From: a virus
Taxonomy: Duplodnaviria > Caudoviricetes
Direction: 5' to 3' (one strand)
Virus record (IMG/VR): IMGVR_UViG_3300032328_000054
Span: 1 to 33,109 of that record
Length of the DNA: 33,109 nt
Shown here: positions 26,314-33,109 of the stretch, one piece after another
How the letters are laid out: every line of letters begins with the position of its first letter
How positions within the stretch are numbered: position 1 is the stretch's first letter
Notes under the pieces: generated by a model
What the model was told of the DNA's origin: nothing
The model's input: only the letters and a program-made list of their open reading frames with translations
Databases searched by the model: none
Position numbers and translations under genes: made by a program

Positions 26314-27064
26314 TCCAGTAACCGGTACTATTGCAGCTGTTTCTGTTGGAAGCGGCTTAATGCAATCACGCGCCTCAAAAGATGCGGCAAGTATACAGGC
26401 TAGAGCCGCTGCTGACGCTATGGACCAAGAGCGGGCTATGTATGAGCAATCCAGAGAGGATTTAGCCCCATACAGAGAACAAGGTTATGCTGCTTTAAAA
26501 GACATAGAACGGATGAAACCGTTTTTAACCGGTCAATTTGGACCAGAACAATTTGGACAATATTTAGACCCTAGCATGGCGTTTCGCCAGCGTTTGGGAA
26601 CTCAAGCCACCGAGCGTTTAGCTAATATTGGCGGTGGAGCAATCAGCGGTAATACCTTACGCGCTTTAACAGATTATGGTCAAAACCTTGCATCTACTGA
26701 ATACGGTAACGCATTTAATCGTTTTCAAACCGAGCGTGGCAATATTTATAACACCCTAGCCAATATTGCTGGAATGGGACAAGGCGCGGTTAATACTGGC
26801 GTAACTGCTGGGCAAAATTTTGCAGCTGGCCAAACTGGATTAATAACTGGTGGCGCTGCTGCACAAGCAGCTGGTACAGTTGGATCAGCAAATGCTCTTG
26901 CTGGAGGGTTTGGCGGTGCTACTAATGCATATTTACTTAATCAATTTATGAGGCCTCAAACTCCAGCCGTGACACCGCCGGGAGGTTATGGCAATTATTC
27001 ATCCATGAATCAAGATTTTGGTAACTTTGGCGGCGCTAGACTGCCAACAGTCGGCCCAGGTTAA
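26306..27064 (+). CDS. DNA ejection protein (P22 gp7-like)
   Basis: Hydrophobic G/A-rich N-terminus, DLAPYR..G..AL, SG.TL.AL..YGQ.LA..EY. Confidence 0.8.
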   Translation: MPDPVTGTIAAVSVGSGLMQSRASKDAASIQARAAADAMDQERAMYEQSREDLAPYREQGYAALKDIERMKPFLTGQFGPEQFGQYLDPSMAFRQRLGTQATERLANIGGGAISGNTLRALTDYGQNLASTEYGNAFNRFQTERGNIYNTLANIAGMGQGAVNTGVTAGQNFAAGQTGLITGGAAAQAAGTVGSANALAGGFGGATNAYLLNQFMRPQTPAVTPPGGYGNYSSMNQDFGNFGGARLPTVGPG

Positions 27065-27085
27065 TTAAGAAAGAAAAGGCTAATC

Positions 27086-28459
27086 ATGGCAGTTAATATA
27101 AAACCAGACATCTCATTAAGCGCTAAACCACCGACAATGATGACATTGCCGGAAATGGTTAACATGGCTCGTAGTGCGCAAGCATACCAGCGTGAGCGTG
27201 AAATATTCCCTGAGTTGGTTCAGCAAGCTAAAACTCAGACGCAACAATCTCAATTTACTTTAGACAAAGACCAAACCGCAGGCATCATGTCTTTGGTTGG
27301 CGGTTACCGAAACGACCCAAGAATTAATAGCGGAAATGCCGATCAAGCTATAGAGGCTATGTCAGAAATCCGCGCAAAAGCCGTGGCTATTGGAATTCCT
27401 GAAAAACGAGTAGACGATTTAATGCGCATGGGCAACGCAATTGCGGTACGCAATCCTAAAAACCTTGGCCAATATTTTGACAATGTGATCCAATCTCAGA
27501 TTGGGCCTACTGGCCAGCAACAATTACAAACACCTCAATTAACAACATCTGGTGGCGCGCCTGCTATGTTCCAAACTGGCCCACGCACATTAACGCCATT
27601 TGCTCAATTTTCTGAACAAGCACCTCCTGTCACATCCACAGCGACACCCCCAGTTCCCGCTGCGGCACCAGCGGCAGCCCCCGCACCACAAGTTGGAACT
27701 ACGCCCAAAGGTGTTACGAGTGCTGACATGGTTGCAAGCAGAAATGACCCTGGCTTTCCATTACCATACCCAGTACGCAGAGCAGGTGATATTCGCCCAT
27801 TTGCTCCTGGCGAAGAATCAGCAACTGTTGAGGGTCAAGCCTATATTAAAAACCTATCAACCGTTGGATCAACTGCGCCAATGGCTTTAGACCGTGTAGA
27901 TAGAGTAATGCAAACAATTGCCAAAATTGAATCAAGTAGGGATTTTCAAGCTGGTAAGGTTGGCGAATTAGAGGGTAGATTGCGAGCAGCCCTTGGAGAT
28001 GCTGATTACAAATTGTTAGAAAAAGAATTGGCTGACCTTACAATTGCTACCAATCAAGCTATTGGCGGAAAAACGGATGCATCAACTGCATTAGTTGCGC
28101 AGTCAATGGGAAATACAAGTTTTCCACCAGGAACATTAAGAAATGTAGTAACCAAACTGCGCGGCGATGCGTATGGCGCAATGTTAGAGGCAAAAGGCGC
28201 TAACAAGTTTTTACAACTTGGATTAAATGAAGCTAACCTGCCACGGGGCTATAAAGCAGCGTGGGACGAAAATAAAGATGTTAGGGTATATGAAGCGATG
28301 GCAATTTTTGCCTCGGACAGACTAACGCCTAAAGAAAAAATAGAAGCCTACAATAAGATCAAGCCAACCGATTTAGAATCCTTAAATGAGTTTGAGCGCA
28401 AGGCTCGAAACATTGAAAGTCTTGCTAATACCGGTACTTTGCCAAGGCAAAAACGATGA
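27086..28459 (+). CDS. DNA ejection protein (gp20-position)
   Basis: Helical, Q/A/P-rich; gene order. Confidence 0.6.
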   Translation: MAVNIKPDISLSAKPPTMMTLPEMVNMARSAQAYQREREIFPELVQQAKTQTQQSQFTLDKDQTAGIMSLVGGYRNDPRINSGNADQAIEAMSEIRAKAVAIGIPEKRVDDLMRMGNAIAVRNPKNLGQYFDNVIQSQIGPTGQQQLQTPQLTTSGGAPAMFQTGPRTLTPFAQFSEQAPPVTSTATPPVPAAAPAAAPAPQVGTTPKGVTSADMVASRNDPGFPLPYPVRRAGDIRPFAPGEESATVEGQAYIKNLSTVGSTAPMALDRVDRVMQTIAKIESSRDFQAGKVGELEGRLRAALGDADYKLLEKELADLTIATNQAIGGKTDASTALVAQSMGNTSFPPGTLRNVVTKLRGDAYGAMLEAKGANKFLQLGLNEANLPRGYKAAWDENKDVRVYEAMAIFASDRLTPKEKIEAYNKIKPTDLESLNEFERKARNIESLANTGTLPRQKR

Positions 28460-30732
28460 GCGATCCATATGTCCATGAAAATTTAAGTGCGGATGCTAGG
28501 ACTAAAGCATTAGAAATTGCCCGCGGCATTAGTTTTGGTAATGTGCCAATGAATACTGGGCCATTAGAAAGAGTCTTATCTAATCCAGCCGAATTTAATA
28601 AGTTACCAATTACTAGCCGTCAAGCATTTTTTGAGCGCATAGGCGTACAACCCGCTATGGCAGCCACAGAATCAAAAGGCGGTATAGGGTTTGGCAGTTT
28701 ATTTGATGCTATAAACACTACCAAACAAGAATATCAAAAAGAACAAAAAGCCGAACCAGCCAAGCCAGCAGCGCAGACAACCGATTTATTTGGTGCAATT
28801 AACGCTACTAAGCGAGAATACGAAAAACAAAGAAACACCCAAGCAATGGGTAATATAACCCAAGAGGCAAAACTAAGAGAAACCCTGGTTGCTGGTGTTC
28901 CAGAGGTTGTTAAAAAAGACGCATCTGGGCGCGTAATTGAAGAACCCCAACCACGCAAAGTGCGTAATGTTAGAGAATTCTTAATGGAAGCCCCTGTAGA
29001 AACCGCATTAACATTAGCTACGGGCGCGGTGACTGCCCCATTTGCCGCTGCGGAACAATTGGGTTCTGACATCTATGGAAAGATAACTGGCAAACCAAAT
29101 GTTGGCCAAGATGTATTTAAGGCAAGAATGAAAGCCGGTACTTATGTACCCCGTACAGAGTCTGGTAAGGAAATGGTAGAAACGGTTGGCAAGGCATTTG
29201 AAGCTACAAAACTGCCACCAGTATTAGCCCCAGAGTTGACTGCCGTGACCGCGGCGGGTCGATTGCCTCCTCCTAAACCAGAGGGCAAGCCAAAGATGTC
29301 GGTTAAAGAGTACGAAAAGGCTAAAGCAACCATTGAGACACAAGACCCACCCGCATTACCAGGTTTAGCAAGTGTTGGCGCAGCTGGTCGGCGTGACCCT
29401 GTGGCGATTAGGGCGGCCATTGATGCATTGCCAACTGAACTGCAAAATCAAGTTCGCAATATTCCAATTAACCGCATTAATTTGCCAGCGCTAGAGTCTC
29501 ATGTTCAGGCTTTAAATTTGCCCGTACCCATTAATCTGACCCGTGGCCAAGCCACAGGCGATTTAGTAGCCCTTAGTAATGAATTAAACCGCCGTGGCGA
29601 GTTGCAGAATATTGCATATCGCATGGGCGAAACAAACAAAGCATTAATTGAAAACTTATCTGCTATCAGAGACCGCGCAGCCCCTGATCTGCCAGGTTCT
29701 AAACCGTCAGATTTTGGTCAAATTGTTATTGATACTTACAAAACTATTGATAACGACCGGCGCACCGTTATTGGCAACCTGTATAAAGATTTAGAAGCAG
29801 CGGCAGGCGGTAATTTTCCAATTGATTCTCGTACATTTGTAAATAATGCCGATAACCAATTAAGCAAAAAACTTAAAAGCGAGTTTGTGCCACCAACAAT
29901 TCAAAGGCAGTTACAAGCATACCGTGATGGTGGCAAGATGGATTTTGAGCAGTTTGAGGCATTGCGCACCAATCTAGCAACTGAAATACGCAAAGCTGAA
30001 CGCGCTGGAGATGGAAACGCATCAATGGCCCTTTCTATTATTAGAGACTCATTAGAGGCTTTGCCATTAACTGGTGAAGCCGCCGCATTAAAACCATTGG
30101 CAGATGCTGCAAGAACGGCTGCTAGAGAGCGTTTTGAGGCTTTAAAACGAGACCCAGCCTATAAAGCAGCAGTTGACGATAAGGTTGCCCCAGAAAACTT
30201 TGTAGAGACTTTTGTACTAAGCAAAGGCAAGGGAACTGAGAAGAATGTACAAACAATGATGGAAGCGCTTGGCAAAGGAACCGATGGTCAATACGCCGTA
30301 GCTGCCAATATTATTGATTATTTAACAAACAAATCAGTAGACCGCCAAGGTAATTTTTCGCAAGCCGCATACAATAAGGCGTTAAAAGAATTAGACCCTA
30401 AGCTGCAAAACATTTTTGATGGCGCAACAGCACAAACCCTTAGAGATTTGGGCGAAGTATCTAAAAAAGTAATGGCCCAGCCACAAGGCAGTTTTGCTAA
30501 CAATAGCAATACATTTGTTGCTGGATTGGCTCAAAGGGTTGGCGGTGCAATTAGCAAGAGCGCAGAGCAAGGTTTAAATGTATTGGTTCCAGGTGCATCT
30601 CTTGGCTCAGGCGCAGCAGAGATTCGCGCCCGCCGTGCAGGACGGCAATTTGAACAACAGGCTTTAGAACCATTAGCTGGCGTTAAAGGCAAGTCAAACT
30701 TAATTAGAGACATTCTAAGTAAAAAGGAATAA
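28456..30732 (+). CDS. large DNA ejection protein (gp16-position)
   Basis: LTRGQATGD motif, long helical protein, NNSNT motif; gene order. Confidence 0.65.
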   Translation: MSDPYVHENLSADARTKALEIARGISFGNVPMNTGPLERVLSNPAEFNKLPITSRQAFFERIGVQPAMAATESKGGIGFGSLFDAINTTKQEYQKEQKAEPAKPAAQTTDLFGAINATKREYEKQRNTQAMGNITQEAKLRETLVAGVPEVVKKDASGRVIEEPQPRKVRNVREFLMEAPVETALTLATGAVTAPFAAAEQLGSDIYGKITGKPNVGQDVFKARMKAGTYVPRTESGKEMVETVGKAFEATKLPPVLAPELTAVTAAGRLPPPKPEGKPKMSVKEYEKAKATIETQDPPALPGLASVGAAGRRDPVAIRAAIDALPTELQNQVRNIPINRINLPALESHVQALNLPVPINLTRGQATGDLVALSNELNRRGELQNIAYRMGETNKALIENLSAIRDRAAPDLPGSKPSDFGQIVIDTYKTIDNDRRTVIGNLYKDLEAAAGGNFPIDSRTFVNNADNQLSKKLKSEFVPPTIQRQLQAYRDGGKMDFEQFEALRTNLATEIRKAERAGDGNASMALSIIRDSLEALPLTGEAAALKPLADAARTAARERFEALKRDPAYKAAVDDKVAPENFVETFVLSKGKGTEKNVQTMMEALGKGTDGQYAVAANIIDYLTNKSVDRQGNFSQAAYNKALKELDPKLQNIFDGATAQTLRDLGEVSKKVMAQPQGSFANNSNTFVAGLAQRVGGAISKSAEQGLNVLVPGASLGSGAAEIRARRAGRQFEQQALEPLAGVKGKSNLIRDILSKKE

Positions 30733-30735
30733 ATT

Positions 30736-31458
30736 ATGGCAGTCAATCTATCCCCCATAGGCAATGGTTTTCAGTTTTTTAACAATGATGGCCTGCCTTT
30801 AAACGCCGGTAAGATTTTTACCTATCAGGCTGGGTCAACCACGCCGCTTACAACCTACACCGATTCCAGCGGATTAATTGCTAATACCAACCCTATTATT
30901 CTGGGAACGGATGGACGGCCACCCTCAACCATTTGGTTAACAGAAGGATTTTTCTATAAATTTGTATTAAAAACTTCTGCGGATGTAACCATACAGACCT
31001 ATGACAATTTGTATGGCATTATTGGCGCAACGCCACCGGCTGCAACGCCAATTCCTGCCGGTGGTATTTTATTGTGGTCTGGCTCAATTGGCTCTATTCC
31101 TGCTGGCTATGTTTTGTGTAATGGCTCAAATGGCACACCAGACTTGCGTGACCGATTTGTTGTAGGCGCTGGATCAACTTACGCAGTAAATGCAACTGGC
31201 GGCTCTGCTGATTCAGTTGTTGTAAGCCATACCCATGCTGCAACCGTAACTGATCCTGGACACACGCATACATTTACCGCATCGGTTACTAACTTTACCT
31301 CCCCAACAGGCAGCCCAGCTTGCGGTGCAGCAGTTCAAAGTTCTACAACTGCTTCTGCGGTTACTGGAATTTCTGTAACTAATGCATCTACCGGTGTAAG
31401 TGGAACAAATGCTAATTTGCCTCCTTACTATGCTCTCTGCTACATAATGAAAACTTAA
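30736..31458 (+). CDS. tail appendage: head-binding-type N-terminus plus tail-collar domain
   Basis: G.PL..GK..TY.AG.TTP..TY.D...NTNPIIL...GR; IPAG..LCNG.NGTPDLRDRFVVGAG; NLPPYYAL.YIMK. Confidence 0.8.
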   Translation: MAVNLSPIGNGFQFFNNDGLPLNAGKIFTYQAGSTTPLTTYTDSSGLIANTNPIILGTDGRPPSTIWLTEGFFYKFVLKTSADVTIQTYDNLYGIIGATPPAATPIPAGGILLWSGSIGSIPAGYVLCNGSNGTPDLRDRFVVGAGSTYAVNATGGSADSVVVSHTHAATVTDPGHTHTFTASVTNFTSPTGSPACGAAVQSSTTASAVTGISVTNASTGVSGTNANLPPYYALCYIMKT

Positions 31459-31469
31459 AAAGGCTAACT

Positions 31470-31631
31470 ATGTTTATTATTGATTGGGTATTTGACAAAA
31501 TGGGTTACACCAAAAAGGTGTACTGGGCTGATGTATTTAAAAACTGGGATTGCCCAAAACCCGTTAAAAAAGTCGCGACTAAACGGAAAACCGTTGCAAA
31601 AAAGTCGCAGAGCCGAGCGAAAAAGGTGTAA
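31470..31631 (+). CDS. small basic hypothetical protein (53 aa)
   Basis: Read manually; AAGG RBS. Confidence 0.6.
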   Translation: MFIIDWVFDKMGYTKKVYWADVFKNWDCPKPVKKVATKRKTVAKKSQSRAKKV

Positions 31632-31633
31632 TT

Positions 31634-31801
31634 ATGGCTAACGAAATTGAAAAAGAGGTCGTTAAAGAAGCCATTAAAGAATGGTTAAATGAGAAAGTAA
31701 CTCAGTTTGGTTGGTTCTCTATACGAACATTGTTTTATGTCTTTGTAGCTGGTTTAGGCTATGCCTACTTAACTACTCATGGATGGTCTTTGCCAAAATG
31801 A
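31634..31801 (+). CDS. small single-TM membrane protein (55 aa)
   Basis: Read manually; VKEAIKEWL..K...FG.. followed by a hydrophobic helix. Confidence 0.65.
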   Translation: MANEIEKEVVKEAIKEWLNEKVTQFGWFSIRTLFYVFVAGLGYAYLTTHGWSLPK

Positions 31802-31804
31802 AAT

Positions 31805-32239
31805 ATGGAAATTTTAGAAGGGGCAAAGTCCCTATCGAGTAACCTTGATGCAAGCCGAGCAAGTGCTAAAGAACTTTCTAAAAGCATTGAGAATGTTCAA
31901 AAAGAAGCTACAGATATTGCTGCACAACGGAATTTAGATAGGCGCAGAGAGTTAAAAGAAAATGAAGTCCGCAAAGAATTATTTCTAAAACGGGTATTAA
32001 TTCAATGGGAACACGAAGAACGAGTTAGACGAGAAGAAGCACAGATTAGGGCAGATTTTTTAAGAAAGTATGGCAAACGATGGGCAGAAGTTGAGGCCTT
32101 GAAAGCCAAGCTAGAGAAGCAAGAAAAAGAGTTTCAGAAAGAATTTAACAAAGATTTAAACAAGGCTAGAAATGCACAGTTTTGGTGTTTTGCAATAGCT
32201 GGCGTAATAGCTTATTTTTTAGTATGGGGTTATAAATGA
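31805..32239 (+). CDS. coiled-coil protein with C-terminal TM anchor
   Basis: E/K/R-rich helix then FWCFAIAGVIAYFLVW. Confidence 0.7.
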   Translation: MEILEGAKSLSSNLDASRASAKELSKSIENVQKEATDIAAQRNLDRRRELKENEVRKELFLKRVLIQWEHEERVRREEAQIRADFLRKYGKRWAEVEALKAKLEKQEKEFQKEFNKDLNKARNAQFWCFAIAGVIAYFLVWGYK

Positions 32240-32640
32240 TACCTTTAATGGCACTATTTGATGTTGGGATGAAAGTCCTGGACAAGTTTATTCCTGATCC
32301 AGAAGCTAAGGCTAAGGCTCAAAAAGAACTTTTACAAATGCAACAAGAAGGCAGATTAGCTGAACTTAATGCTGACAATATTGAAGCCCAAGAATTAACT
32401 AAACGCCAGCAAGCGGATATGGCTAGTGATAGCTGGTTGTCTAAAAACATTCGCCCTATGACGCTTGTTTTTATTTTGTTTGTATATACATCATTTGCAA
32501 TTATGAGTGCGGTTGAAATAAATGTGCATAAACCCTATGTAGAACTTTTAGGCCAATGGGGTATGCTAATTATGTCTTTCTATTTTGGCGGACGCACGCT
32601 GGAGAAGATAATGGATATGAAAGTCAAGAATGACAGGTGA
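32236..32640 (+). CDS. holin (3TM, gene-transfer-agent type)
   Basis: LDKFIPDP, D..SDSWLSKNIRP, FYFGGRTLEK. Confidence 0.85.
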   Translation: MIPLMALFDVGMKVLDKFIPDPEAKAKAQKELLQMQQEGRLAELNADNIEAQELTKRQQADMASDSWLSKNIRPMTLVFILFVYTSFAIMSAVEINVHKPYVELLGQWGMLIMSFYFGGRTLEKIMDMKVKNDR

Positions 32641-33109
32641 GTTTGAAAAGGCTTTAAAACGCATCCTAAAGCACGAGGGCGGTTTTGTTAATGATCCCCT
32701 AGACTCAGGTGGAATGACCAACCTAGGCGTTACTAAGCGTGTTTGGGAAGAATTTGTAGGGCATCCTGTATCCGAAGCTGATATGCGAGCCTTAACCCCT
32801 GAAATAATCGCCCCAATGTATAAAATGAAGTATTGGAATTCTAGTTATTGTGAAGTCCTACCAAAAGGCTTAGATTATGTGGTATTCGATTTTGCCGTTA
32901 ATGCAGGCACAGGCAGAAGCGTTAAGACGCTACAACAGGCAATCGGATGCGTTAGTGATGGAGTTATCGGGCCTAAGACTATGGCAGTCATTAATGATGC
33001 AAACCCTAAAGACCTTATTGCAAAGTTTTCAGACGCTAGGGCAGACTTCTATCAAGGCATAGTGGCAAGAAAACCCGACCAAGCTCGCTTTATTAAAGGG
33101 TGGCTTAAT
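32630..33109 (+). CDS. glycoside hydrolase family 108 endolysin (truncated by window end)
   Basis: Read manually: HEGGFVNDPLDSGGMTNLGVT, FDFAVNAG, DGVIGPKT, FIKGWLN; no stop before the end. Confidence 0.9.
   Translation, partial: MTGEFEKALKRILKHEGGFVNDPLDSGGMTNLGVTKRVWEEFVGHPVSEADMRALTPEIIAPMYKMKYWNSSYCEVLPKGLDYVVFDFAVNAGTGRSVKTLQQAIGCVSDGVIGPKTMAVINDANPKDLIAKFSDARADFYQGIVARKPDQARFIKGWLN

Noticed and set aside
32877-33062. 61-aa ORF inside the endolysin as an embedded spanin
   Set aside because: No lipobox cysteine or signal peptide
1-33109. tRNA, rRNA, integrase or IS elements
   Set aside because: No cloverleaf, rRNA-like stretch, recombinase or transposase motifs recognised by eye

Overview
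The whole window is a large part of a tailed dsDNA phage genome with a P22-like (podovirus) virion. From left to right it contains: a leftward recombination/early operon (PD-(D/E)XK exonuclease, SSB-like protein); a divergent control region with a Cro-like gene but no CI; about 550 bp of non-coding DNA; a rightward replication/nin-like region; an antisense metallophosphoesterase + SprT-like pair; a pre-terminase cluster (ferritin/Dps-like, GroES, small basic proteins, polyvalent-type metallopeptidase); terminases, portal, scaffold and coat; a fibre gene with three adhesin+chaperone cassettes; gp4/gp10-like tail proteins; three ejection proteins; a tail-collar protein; a holin; and a GH108 endolysin cut by the window edge. 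The best candidate for an undescribed system is at 2194-3425. It comprises a C4-like antisense/attenuator element, a ~275-nt multi-branched structured RNA (2322-2598), an AT-rich palindrome cluster, and a replication protein that retains only the C-terminal initiator-type domain. Other leads are a DDxxD protein just before the first ejection gene, a metallopeptidase with a convergent small partner gene, and a ~70-aa module inserted three times in the tail-hub proteins. All product calls come from motif recognition and gene order, and RNA structures were paired by eye. No searches or folding programs were run.
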